This document shows positions 37,901-48,215 of a stretch of DNA of 64,000 bases, piece after piece (within the stretch, counting starts at the first letter, position 1; the number at the start of each line of letters is the position of its first letter). The notes under the pieces are model-generated. The model saw only the letters and a list, made by a program, of their open reading frames with translations, was not told where the DNA came from and did not search any database. A program made the position numbers and the translations under genes. This DNA comes from Pecten maximus (taxonomy: Eukaryota), in NCBI RefSeq assembly GCF_902652985.1, contig NC_047024.1, forward strand, positions 25,730,001-25,794,000, in the 5' to 3' direction.

Positions 37901-40900
37901 CAAGAGATTTCTTAAAAAAAAAAGATAATCGGCATAGTTTTAATGTTTGTGGTTATAATGTAAACTGCTGGTGAAATAAATTAACGAACTAATGCGTTTC
38001 AGCACGGATAACAAAATTATATCAGTTTGAATCATTTTTGGTGATAATAAGACTGCATTTGAATCAGGAATATCATTTTATTAATGTCTCATTTGAAAAG
38101 ATACATCCACTTATTCAGCTTGCATTCAATCTTAAATTTGTTTCGTTTTTAACTGCATATCTGCATTTATCATTTACTGCTACATTGACCAATCACATAC
38201 TTCATCCTGACCAGTAACGCCACCTGTCGCGCAATATCAGGGCCAAAAGAATATTATACGACTATGCCGAAAAAATTAATAACTAACGCGGAAGGATCAT
38301 AATCAATTAAAACCATGACATTATTTTTTTTTGATGAATTAAATATGGGTTTAAAGGGTAAACGGAGTGTTAAAAGGACTAACCCTTTTTATTAGAGAAG
38401 ATAGTAATATACGTATATATGTATATAAATATATCGGTCAATGGTGTCAGAAAACAACACATTAAGAGATTGTAACAAAGTGAAGAAACGTCATGAAAAA
38501 TACGGTTGACCTAACAACAATGCTGTTCTGAATACAGACAGACATGTATCTATGTTGGAAGGTAGATTCCCCATGTTGCAACGTTCTTTCTAAAATTACA
38601 AATGGGCAAATGGAAACCATGACCAAAAGCATACCAACTGTGATATGAAATTTAATTACATCTTGTAAACTGAAAGTAGGCAATTCAGTTGCCAGTGTTG
38701 ATGAAAAGACGTAGCGAGGTGAATAATTACCGAGATACGATACACATTGGCCGGGGCCATTATGAGACTCCATGGGACAGATAGATGGGACAGGTGTCAA
38801 GTTCAATTCGTATGTCTACCTATTCTATACATAGTCCACGTTATATATGATACAGCAGTAGTAACGACCTTATGGTTCTAAGTTGGTATTGTAATGTTAA
38901 ATGGAATGTGTCGAAATCCGTAATGATATAGCCAAAGTATGAATGACGAGGACAAATTCACCCTGACAGTATTTGTGTGAAGCAGTGTTCATTACCTTTC
39001 TGAAGAATGGATGTTTTTTTAACTCTCATCACTGAAATTTGGTAACAATACCGGATGTAGGAGAATAAGACCATGATCTCCGGAAGAGAAAGCGTCTTCT
39101 GCTTCCTCGCCAACACGCGCTATACAAATTTAGGTCAAATCCCGGTTAAGCCATAATGTCTCCAACGAGAGATTGGGGAATGACAACGGAACCACTAGGC
39201 ATATCAATAAACATATTAAATGATAACGAAAATGTCCATTCCCCAGCAATATATATGCATATGGTCGTTTCAAACATAAAAGTCTCCATTATTGTTTTGT
39301 ATTAACTACCGGTTCATTCTTTGGCAACACTTAATCTTCACCTAGATTTTCAAAGCTCGTGACATTACAGCGCTTACCCTTGAGTGACACCTGGTTCCGT
39401 GTTACTTGCACACTTCCAAAGGAGATGTCAATGCTTAACTTTTCATTAATACATATTTTGCCTCCGTTGGGTGGAATCCGAGACAGGCTTGGATTACGGA
39501 TTCGTCTATACTTCAGCATTCACAAGAGAACAAATAATAATTTATTCTGATTTGTTTAGATAGCTCCTGAATGGGTTCTTAAATCATTGTGCATGACTCA
39601 TGGAACCACTTCTCCTGTATTACGGTATCCTGTTTAAAGCTAACGGCCTCCCAGCCACTCAACAATTGCCTGTGTGTGGTGTATTAAATCTATCGCGTAC
39701 ATATAAGATTTCTCTCTGGCAGCTCTTTCAAAGGAAAGTGAGATGCAATGGATATGTGTTCTAATAAATCTGCATATATATATATTTGTTCGTGCGTGCG
39801 TGCGTGCGTGCGTGTGTGCGCGTGTGTGTGTGTATTCATTTGTGAAATCTGTATAAGAAATCTTATGTTAAAGCCTGTGGTGTTATACTAGTCCTGCTTT
39901 GAATTACCTTGAATCAATTATTGAAGTAAAGTTCAAAATATAGGTCAATATACCCTAAGTTTAGACTGTGTCGTAACGATAAATATGCATTTACCGCAAA
40001 CATGTTGATCATTTTAACAATTTAATTCAGCAAATAACTTTTTTACAACTACGAATTATATTTGTTAAGAAATAAAAAATAAACATTCTTATTCCTATTC
40101 CCTACACTGCCTGATAGAGTGTTTGCCTTGAACTGTTCACACAAGAAAACACAAAGTAGAGATCTCTGATTACAATCTCACAGAGTTCCCATATTTGAAC
40201 ATTGTCGTCGGTGGTACACTGGTTTTAAAGGTGGCACTACTTGGCATCTGTTAGGCTACTTGGCTACCTTCTTGTAAATATTGAAGATAATGTAGGCGGT
40301 CGAACCTGTTAAAATGTTTCACAGACATCAACTTTTTGGGTATTTAAAGGTATATTCAGATTAAAATGAAAAATATATATTTGTAACGTGTTAGCGATTA
40401 TTCCAGAGATTTTATATAAAATGTAATTATACTATATCAGAGAAGAAAAGGGTCTTTGAAAACAAGAACTAAATTGCGGAAAGCTAACAAGACACCGACT
40501 AACCTATAAAGTTATCCCTAGGTAGATCCCGAAAAGGTATCTAAGAATTATACATCTCGAATTTCACAACCTAGGATCATTGGGTTTTACAATAGTACCC
40601 TCCAAAAAAATTTACTCATATTTAAAAAAAAAAAAAACAAGTAATAATCGGTGGTCACATGGAGCTTACTCTGTTCCTGGTTGTGTCAAGATAAATTTCA
40701 ATGGCTAGACTAGGTATGTGAAATACATGATATACACCATTATCAACCTACTGTTAAAATGATTTAAATGTCTAATTTAGTGATTGTATGATACTTTACC
40801 CATATACATTTAGATTTCGTCTTACTACTCCGTATGGTTAATCCTGAAATCGAGTGTCGGGATTATTATTTAAGGAGACTAACGCTAAGCATATTCGAAT

Positions 40901-42535
40901 CAATACAATTTATACTTTTTTTCATACTTGAAAGCATATTTTATTGTTTCGGCTTACAATAAGACAAATATTACATTCTGAAGGTTTACAACAAGACATA
41001 AACTAAATATATCATGGACATGGTATAATCAAAATAACAATTTAGCTTTGTGGCACAAACTATTGCGTATAACGGCGAATTTTGTATAGCTTATCAAGTT
41101 TCTCCGGCTACCAACGTTGGAACAGATCTATATATAGAAAATGTGGGACTGATAGGCTTGTTGTTATACAGAGGATGTAATGTAGCACTTGTTATGCAAA
41201 CACTATACCCAAGTTGATAAAACACACTCTGCAATCTAATTCATTATCTGAATATAAGTTACATCACATGTATACAGACGCAGGTTTGGATTCCTGGTCT
41301 CGTTCCACATGAGTGACCTGGCATAATATGAAGTATAAAAAAGATGTTCGGAGTATACAAGACATTATCTCTACCTGATTACTATTACATCTTAGTATTT
41401 TAATAAAGACAAGTAAATGGAGCTGTGCGGAATCTCAATCAAAATACAACCCAATAAAATAGCAAATTCTCTTAAATCAGACACGTAAAGAAATTTCTCT
41501 GTTTATGGGTTTTATTCAGATGTAACAGACTATGACATGGTCACAATTTAACAGGTTGCTCCACTTAATATAACATATATTGTACTTTAAAAGAATTAAC
41601 CCAAACGGGTAGTGTGTTAATTTTATATATTGTCAGTAGGTTGGTAGGTTTTACATACATATTTCTCGCCAATTATGTATAGAAGACGGATTATAAGTTT
41701 TAAACTTTTGTATGATCCCATTTGTAGATTTCAAATAAAATATGTTTAAATCAAAACCAATTATTTAAAACATCTTAATGCTATTTTAAGAAAATCGCAG
41801 GTCAACGATAGTTTGGTGTTTTTTTTCATTTAAAAACATACGACTTTTATTTTGGATAGTTAAGAGGGATATGCATCAAATGAGAAAAGTTTCTAACAGT
41901 TTCATGCTAAAAAAATCTACCCAAATGGACAGTATTCATCTTAAAGATATGTGTCGACATAATGTGTCAATGATTTCTCCGGTGATATTTCTAATACGTT
42001 AATAGTCAATTTGGGTGATGCATAACTACACCGAGGCCTTCATTATCCCCCAACTAGGTAATGGCTAGCATGACATGACAATAACACGTGTTATACATAC
42101 AACCACTTATTAATAATGCGCGGCGCCAGTCTGAGAAATTTCTTAATTCAGTAAATCTGGCTGTGGAAAGAGTTGTTAGAAATTACCTGTTAAACTGATT
42201 TAATGATAGCCGATTTTATTTCACCCGAAACAAACCTTATTTTAAAAGACTTGTTTTAAGCTTGTTTTATAGTTGACAGTGTACATATTTTCAGATGATT
42301 ATAGTCGTTATGATATATTGAATATTTAAGAAGTTCTCAGCAATACCGGGTAGATAAAAAACAAACACAAAATACTGACATGCAAACAAAAGGAAAATAT
42401 AAACCAGACCTATTGTCTGATATACTACGGTAAGGTGTATAGAACAATAGGTATTGTAACTAGCATTACTTACAAGTATACGCAGAAAGCCAGTGCTATC
42501 CCAACAGTTATCCAAGGTGGCAGAACGAAGACCAT
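14610..42535 (-). CDS. Cytochrome P450, clan 3 (CYP3A-like), 14 exons, 496 aa; join complement(42474..42535,30467..30563,28813..28865,27973..28069,26903..27019,24403..24491,23534..23688,21977..22095,20810..20888,20140..20297,18691..18779,17391..17528,16061..16223,14610..14684)
   Basis: All introns GT-AG with compatible phases, 1491 nt open. N-terminal membrane anchor, GVPGPKP hinge, AGYETT I-helix, ETLR (ExxR), DPERF and FGAGPRQC heme motif. Exon sizes and phases follow the vertebrate CYP3A layout (53, 89 and 163 nt exons). Confidence 0.92.
15140..15360 (+). mobile_element. PLE-associated tail repeat; related copies at about 560-800, 21100-21400, 32770-33060(-), 35880-36030, 39040-39160(-), 45420-45600(-), 50700-50900(-) and 61840-62060
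   Basis: Shared motifs tgacctagatttgta, gaagacgcttactcttccggaacac and atggtttcgttattatgtc; two copies end in hammerhead motifs. Confidence 0.6.
16061..16223 (-). CDS. P450 exon 13 (FSPEQ...YIPFGAGPRQCFASKLAIFEIKLA...APETE), heme-binding
   Basis: AG/GT boundaries, 163 nt, heme-ligand Cys motif. Confidence 0.95.
16568..17070 (-). mobile_element. CR1/L2-group LINE, 5'-truncated 3' end
   Basis: VEMIRRRAARFVTNKHRNTSSVGDML ... RLTMLHKI ... SFFPRTIINWN, then a short 3' UTR and a tagatg-type tail. Confidence 0.85.
17391..17528 (-). CDS. P450 exon 12 (FNRRASSDVTVCG...HRDPEVWIEPHKFDPER)
   Basis: AG/GT boundaries, meander/PERF region. Confidence 0.95.
17873..18125. mobile_element. Old TA-flanked MITE (ctgta...tacag ends); similar remnants at about 20342-20595, 28110-28320 and 55160-55410
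   Basis: Short terminal ctgta / tacagta with recurrent tttcgcg / gcgaaa motifs. Confidence 0.45.
18280..18672 (+). mobile_element. Non-autonomous Crypton-like element related to 1970-4889, opposite orientation
   Basis: 18488-18670 aligns by eye to the reverse complement of the 1975-2132 terminal hairpin (catatgagattt..gaaact.gtctcgaagt ... aacttcta...ctcg.ttca..taaaatctc..atgaattgaaa). Left boundary approximate. Confidence 0.65.
18691..18779 (-). CDS. P450 exon 11 (GNICYENIMDLPYLDKVICETLRLFPPMLR)
   Basis: K-helix ExxR; AG/GT boundaries. Confidence 0.95.
20140..20297 (-). CDS. P450 exon 10 (LTEEEITANIIFFIMAGYETTANALAF...EIQNNIKT)
   Basis: I-helix AGYETT; AG/GT boundaries. Confidence 0.95.
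20810..20888 (-). CDS. P450 exon 9 (IQADLLKFMTERNDNDNNNTAENKER)
   Basis: H-helix DLLxxM, phase 0 to 1; an alternative acceptor 6 nt inside is possible. Confidence 0.85.
21359..21401 (+). ncRNA. Degenerate minimal hammerhead ribozyme at the end of a PLE tail (antisense to the P450)
   Basis: gcauca AUGACGA CUCC UGGAA GGAC GAAA CAGUUG UA uguug; C3A change. Confidence 0.6.
21977..22095 (-). CDS. P450 exon 8 (LCPPMRKVLNFFNVSPCSKDIIDFFTRITRNRINQSDLP)
   Basis: AG/GT boundaries, phase 1 to 0. Confidence 0.9.
23534..23688 (-). CDS. P450 exon 7 (HCSHLSMDILMKGILGQKVNSAKDPENIFIKQ...GGIC)
   Basis: Aligns to CYP3A [27 protein letters not shown]/GT boundaries. Confidence 0.9.
24058..24091 (+). repeat. 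Poly-G tract (34 nt)
   Basis: Homopolymer run. Confidence 0.9.
24403..24491 (-). CDS. P450 exon 6 (ICPLLKECLDTMVDNIKISSQCGHSFDFT)
   Basis: 89 nt, ttttacag acceptor and gtaagt donor. Confidence 0.9.
24605..25789. repeat. 32-bp CpG-rich minisatellite, about 37 copies (cgtccgtgaacgtcaggaccgtgggttaccga)
   Basis: Near-identical head-to-tail units with no spacers, in P450 intron 5. Confidence 0.97.
26903..27019 (-). CDS. P450 exon 5 (SSFDMCGTLGCAVAMADNMHWKFLKNKLVSVFSKDKIEQ)
   Basis: C-helix region, phase 0 to 0, AG/GT boundaries. Confidence 0.9.
27085..27458 (+). mobile_element. Non-autonomous Helentron/HINE-like element, copy 1
   Basis: T-rich start, subterminal inverted repeats cggcatag / ctatgccg, 3' hairpin tatcttt-ttt-aaagata, then ttcttgtt; no TSD; second copy inverted at 37899-38275. 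Confidence 0.7.
27973..28069 (-). CDS. P450 exon 4 (IYHGHNPVTLIADQEMIREICINRSDVFINRA)
   Basis: Aligns to CYP3A [24 protein letters not shown]..VFTNR. Confidence 0.93.
28813..28865 (-). CDS. P450 exon 3 (GLAWTDFQLVSTYGKVIG)
   Basis: 53 nt, YGKV motif, gtgagt donor. Confidence 0.93.
29130..29300 (-). mobile_element. SINE remnant (CORE/Meta-like); related pieces at about 35420-35600(+) and 43370-43580
   Basis: gtgtccttgggc core and taaaatgaccctggctgtt-type tail motifs recur at these loci. Confidence 0.5.
30467..30563 (-). CDS. P450 exon 2 (YSKWKHSLFTKLGVPGPKPKFIFGILPCYKKD)
   Basis: Proline-rich hinge GVPGPKP; gttacag acceptor and gtaagt donor. Confidence 0.95.
30799..31005. repeat. 17-bp minisatellite, about 12 copies (taaaatgtgattgtcac)
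   Basis: Tandem units visible. Confidence 0.9.
31918..31968. repeat. (AG)n microsatellite
   Basis: About 25 perfect units. Confidence 0.97.
32428..32770 (-). ncRNA. Tandem array of 7 x 49-nt minimal type I hammerhead ribozymes (PLE-derived), sense to P450 intron 1
   Basis: Minus-strand unit at 32476..32428 is acauca CUGACGA GUCC-UAGAA-GGAC GAAA C-AGCU-G UA ugaugu: stem I, conserved core, stem II, palindromic minimal stem III and a GUA cleavage triplet. Contiguous with a PLE tail at 32770-33060. Confidence 0.88.
37229..37453 (+). mobile_element. Two tandem copies of a LINE-like 3' end
   Basis: acatgtgctaatgggcaatatggcccacagttaataaagaaat occurs twice about 168 bp apart, each followed by a (tgaaat)n tail. 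Confidence 0.55.
37899..38275 (-). mobile_element. Non-autonomous Helentron/HINE-like element, copy 2 (inverted)
   Basis: Reverse complement of 27085-27458 over its whole length, roughly 85-90% identical by eye. Confidence 0.75.
42474..42535 (-). CDS. P450 exon 1 (MVFVLPPWITVGIALAFCVY), membrane anchor
   Basis: ataATGG start, hydrophobic anchor, TT|gtaagt phase-2 donor joining exon 2 to give VYL-YSKWKH as in CYP3A; intron 1 is about 11.9 kb. Confidence 0.85.
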
Positions 42536-42640
42536 TATTACAGGTATGTCAACATTAACCAGACAGTTAAGGAAGAATAAACCACCTGTAAAACCTCCCC
42601 ACAGGTGTATAGCGAATATGTCACACACAGGTACTCACAC

Positions 42641-42654
42641 ATATATATAAATAC
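42641..42654 (-). promoter_or_regulatory. Candidate TATA element of the P450 gene
   Basis: tatttatatatat about 110 nt upstream of the ATG; CAGGTR/CACCTG E-box-like motifs cluster at 42541-42635. Confidence 0.35.
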
Positions 42655-45139
42655 AAAGGGTTATCCAGAATTACCCAACAACCAATGAGAAAGCTCAGCT
42701 GAAAATAGCTCTGACCCGACCAGTCCCCTGGCGTTCATTACCATAATCTGTGATATGTGTGAAATCTGTGAAGGGATTCCCCTTGGGGTAGACCTGGATT
42801 ATACTAGCATTGTTTGTCCTTTCTACGGAGATTTGTCGTTTACTGTTTAGTTAAAGATTTCAAATGTCAGAATCAGTAAATTCCATTTCCGAATGGAAAA
42901 CTTTTGTTACATTTATTTTTATTATCATTGTAAATTATGTACTGTATGTAGAAATCATGTATCTTGAATCAACCTGTGTTGTGAACTTAGATGTCAAGGA
43001 ATCTGTATACTATTTCGTCGTAAAGGCTTCAGATTACGATCATCTATCACCAGTTCATACATAACTTCAACCGACTACATCACTCTTGGGGCTAATTTCC
43101 CAGCATCTTGTTCTAAAACCGCTCATACGATGATGGTGACGTCATGACCAAAGAATTGCGTAACGACTTTATTGAATTGTATAGTTTAATGTCACTCAGG
43201 TGTGCACTACGTTTTATATTTACGTGAATTACATTGGTGGTGAGTGGAAGAGCCCATGTACTTAGGGGAGGTTGTTACATCAGAACACCTATTAAGTGTT
43301 TCTAGGTTCCTTTCCACGTGGTCTAAAAGGCAAAATAACCAAGAACAACAAAACAAACGTTTCTTTTGTTAGTTTGTTTGGTTTATTGCCTCATGAACAT
43401 ACAAGGTCACTTTAAGGCTGTGTCTCCTTGTAGCAGTTGGTGGCTACCTCACAGGACAACACACGAGACGCTGGTCGCATGTCATCAAGATAAATTAAGA
43501 TAGTCTTGTAGTCAACAACTACTAAAAGGAGACCCCACTTCAAAATGACCCTGGCTGTTAACGGGATGATAAACCAAGCACTGATATGGTTATCTTATAG
43601 ATATAAATTAAATACAAGTAATGTAAGGTTTTCGAACAGAGAACCGCGGCAGAGACAAGAAAAATACAGGACATATTTAAGGAGCAAGGAAAACATCGAG
43701 CTTGATATACTTTGCTAACGTTATATGGTGTTGGTTTTGACTTCCACATTATTTAACAGAAATAATGTTGGTTCAGATGGATGAATAATATTTCGACAAT
43801 CTCTTGTGTAACCTTATAGGAAGATAAACAAAAAATAAAGATTTAAAACAACTCAATTGGAAAGTATTTCTATATTATGGCATAAATCCCAATCCTATTA
43901 AGTATACTGACACATTGAACATACGGCTGGTAACCTATGTGTGCACATGCTGATGTTGAAATTTATTTTAAATACTCATTAGAGTATAAAAACGCAGACA
44001 TTTATGCTGTTATAGCAGTAGTATTCACGTATAGAGATTATGATATCTCTGAATGTACATCTAAATTAATTCGTAATTAGGACAAAATTAAACATTAATG
44101 GACGAAGATCTTATTTCATCAGGCCATAATCACACTTCAAATTTAAAAAAAAAAAATACGTAATCAAATGCAAATTAACAAACTGATATGGCGGTGTGAA
44201 CTTACCTGACATATTTAAGTAAGGAAAAATGTCACAGCAACTGTTCTGTGAACGAAATTCTTCGGTGATTTTGTGTTTACAGATGAGAACAAAAGATTCG
44301 TTAAGTTCCATTCATTGTCTGCTGATACGTAGAAAGCTACATACCTGGGCGGCGACATCAAATCTGTTCCTGACATTTCATATCCTTCTTTTGTTGTCTA
44401 CAGATACGTAAAAATCTACTCATCTGAGCGGTGATATTCAATACTTCTCCGTCACCAGAGAAGCGCATTGACCCTCACAGTGCTTCGAGCTTCAAACCTT
44501 TGTATCCACAAGCTATCATTTCCCAACAAAGTCCCGCATCTTTAAATCTATACAAATATGTGAGGTTTGTGCTTGTGTTCTCAACTTGTACTAGATAATG
44601 GGTTCATAGGATGATCTGGAACGCAGCAAATCACGAGATTCATGCAGTTTAATAGCAATATACGTGTTCATAGTAACATCTAGTTTTCCTGAGATGTTGC
44701 TACTGTCAATGACTCTACTGTTACGTGATTCTATACATTAGATATATATTAAACTACATTGACATCGCTGATATTTATTTAATGATGCACAGCTTCGTTT
44801 ATTTACTCTTCCCATTTCTGTTGTTGTTTAGCCAATCTTAAACTCAGCTATATTAGCTTGATTGAAATGTACGATTAATGTATATTTCAAATTCCCGTGT
44901 GTGTATTAAACAGTAGTTTGGAAATCGCTCAATTGTTTGTTTGTTGTGTTTATCAGCTAATACTTTTTTTAAGTAGCAAGAATCATTTCACTATCCAGAG
45001 CATTTCACAGGGTATAGTGTACTAGTTCAAGGTCTTGATATTCAAACGAATATAAAAGTATAAAAACGTTAGAATACTCATAATGTAAACTGTTATTAGT
45101 AATATATATGGAACGCCGAATTAACATATATTCAATTAA

Positions 45140-45232
45140 TTGAAGATAGGTTTAATTCAATTAAAGATATGTTTAATTCAATTAGAGATAGGTTCAATTC
45201 AAATAGAGATAGGTTCAATTCAATTAGAGATA
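45140..45232. repeat. 21-bp tandem repeat, about 4 copies
   Basis: agataggttcaattcaattag-like units; explains the LIELNLS repeats in ORF 45132..45320. Confidence 0.8.
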
Positions 45233-47174
45233 CCATAAATATAAGCCGTAATACTGCTGTGTAGAACAGAATAATATGTTGAATAAGATCAGTTGTGAAA
45301 TGTGCCAAGTCTAACAACAAATTGAAACGTAAAGTGTTTAGGTATTGAATCTATAGTTGAAATAATAAAACATCACACGAAAATTTAACGTTAGGCATAT
45401 TGTTTAACGTACTGTAATATAAAAACAGCAAAGAATACCGACATGATAACAAAACCATACTTCGATCTCAAAATCGATAAAAATGAACAAAAATGAAATT
45501 TCGTATGTGGACCCTTGAAAACGCACGAAGAGAATAGGACCAGATGTTCCGGAAGAGTAAGCGATTCTGCCATACAAATCCAGGTCATATCCTGGTTACG
45601 TCACATTCTCAAGAAGAGAACTAGGATGGTGACAACGACCCAATAAACGGACCAACTTTTCATATCGCATAAATAAATATAACATTTCCAAATACGGTCA
45701 TGGTGCCGACCATAACACTTTCCTGTGGTTTTCATCAACCATCATCTCTCGGCATTTCTCGAAACCTTGTGTTGTTAATTGTTCTGCCAGTAGTCAACAT
45801 CTATGTCACGGAAATCGTGATAATCAAGTCCTTGATATCAAATCAACCGGTATACATGTTAACACCATAGGAAACTTTAGTTGCATTAGTTCTTAATTAT
45901 CAACAAACGATAAAGGAACTATCATCGTTTTTAATGTAAGTTGTAATGCTAAATAGTGTTTTTAAAAATATAAAACAGGTTAAATGTTGTTTATTTATCT
46001 GGTCGTGATTTTTTTTAATAAATAACCCCTTTAATATGCAATATGAATGACTGGCTTTTAATAGGACGTTAAACAAAATCAAACCATTTTATATGTAATG
46101 ATATTGATGATAACAGTACTATGCATTTTCAAAGATAAAAAGACAGAATACTTTTAGTAAATTAATAAATTTTCAAAATCCAGTGATCTGCGTGCTCATT
46201 TCATTTTACTTCGAGCTATTGTGTGTTAATCTGAGAAATTGAATCAATGTTACTCTTATCGATTGTCATTTAAATCTTTTGGGCGGGGATTACATTAAAA
46301 TGCCAAGCTAAGTTAATGAAATAAAAATATGTAGATATGTAAATATTCAACTAACACCCAAGTCACAAACAGTTCTATAAATATTAGTGAAATATCTGGT
46401 AAAACCATAAATAAACACGTATTCATACTGTTTATACATCGGTGTTTACAAGGGACATAATCTACCTGGCACTTCATAAAACCCAATTCCTATTTATGCA
46501 ATACCTGTAATTGTATTCCATTTCCCAAATCCATGACCGCATACTATGGTCACTGCGAAAATCTCGTACGAACGACTTATTTATCGCCAAGGAAATAAAT
46601 CAGAAATCCTCATGTACGTAAGACTTGTATTGACTCACGAGACATAAGCAAGAAATTTATCTCGTACGTGCGACTTATTTCTGGAAGGAGATAAACAAGA
46701 AATGCATATGGTAGATATGACTTATTATATCGTGGGAGATAAATTAGAAATTCATCTCGTACGAGATAAAGAGTCGCATTCGAGATTTTTATTGGTATCA
46801 GTTAATAGTGAAACCATTTCACGAATCTGATAAGTTATCTTGAAATATATCTCTATTGGTTTTATTTATTTATTTATGTCTTGACAAAAAGACGGATTAT
46901 CTCAAAAATCTATATTTTACGTATTCCGTTTTAAGCATGCTGTATGTGAACATAGCTTTACTCATCTTTTTTTTCCAATAGAGAATAGATCAATCATGGA
47001 AGATGAAAACACTTAAGATTTTGATGTTACACCTTTGTAGATGTCGTCACCAGCAAACAGAAATGTTTCTGTACGCTGACAAGAAGATGGAGAGGTGAAC
47101 CGATTAGCCGGAAACAAACAATGGAAGGGCGACTGGAGGACACCGTCTATAGATGCTCCGCTGATAGTGATACT

Positions 47175-47530
47175 AAATACTTTAGACTTTTATATACCGC
47201 AAAATCATCGCAACATAGTCGTCTCTAAGTGGTTCACAAATTATTATTATTGAGTCTTTATTTACCAGCTACCAAACTGTAGTGTCTTTCTCAGCTCCCT
47301 GGAGATTATGCTGCCGGAGCTGCCATTTCGCCGCTAACAACTTACACACGACATTAATTGATTTTCTTCCACTGACCTACCAAGAACTCATTTACAGATG
47401 AGTCAACTGGAACACAATGGAATAAAGTATCTTGTACAAGGATACAACACAGCGCCCGTGCCGGGACTCCAACCAGCAACCCTTCGGTCACATAGCCCTG
47501 CGGCCTACCACTAAACCACCGTGCACCCGA
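47175..47530 (-). mobile_element. tRNA-derived SINE with CORE-like domain
   Basis: Minus strand has A-box tggtttagtgg, B-box-like ggttggagtcc, core tgtatccttgtacaagatacttt...catctgtaaatg and a LINE-like tail gcggtatataaaag. Confidence 0.7.
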
Positions 47531-47980
47531 TGCCTGTAACTCCTATAACTCGATAGAGGGGACATAACCCAAGCTGATCAGCTGACTACGTGTGTCACAG
47601 AAATAGGTGTGTAAGATATGAGAACAAAATTATAGAAAGTTAAAATGGGTATTATCTAGGACACAGTGTATAAGCTACTGTCCTCCTGACGAGAATCCGA
47701 GACAGTTCATCATTAAAATGTACATCCTATTTAGATAGCTGTTTTAATACTTTTTGATATTTTCATGAAAGCATTGTATCAATTATATCAGTTCCCAGTC
47801 CTACTCAAAACTGTTTTATCTATATCCAATAACTATTGTTTGTTTTCATTTCTACTTTCAGATAAAAACAAAGCAGGGAGTTGAAGAGTCAAGCACAGTT
47901 TATAATGTTAAGACACTTGATCAAAAAGAAACATATTGACCGTTGTCCAGTTCCAGTCATCATAAAATAATACAATAAAA

Positions 47981-48215
47981 GGGCGATCGGGTGGCACAGT
48001 GGTAACACTTCACCTAAGCGGCCGGGGTTCGATTCCGCGATCGGATGTGAATAGGTATGGGGTCACTTGATCGACCACGTGGGTTTTCCCCGGATACTCC
48101 GGTTTCCTCCCTCCGTAAGACCTCTGGCATGGGTGCTTCCATCCGGTCCAACAAGTTTAATTAGTATAAGTTGATATAATTTTCGCAATTGTTAAATAAA
48201 TAAAGTTTACAAAAC
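47981..48215 (+). mobile_element. tRNA-derived V-SINE
   Basis: A-box tggcacagtgg, B-box ggttcgattcc, V-domain gtgggttttccccggatactccggtttcctccc and an aataaa-rich tail. Confidence 0.85.

Noticed and set aside
47680-47710. Additional hammerhead (ctgacgagaatccgagacag)
   Set aside because: No proper stem II, GAGA instead of GAAA, and no stem I.
47981-48050. tRNA gene
   Set aside because: A and B boxes are present but there is no full cloverleaf, and it continues into a V-domain and tail, so it is a SINE head.
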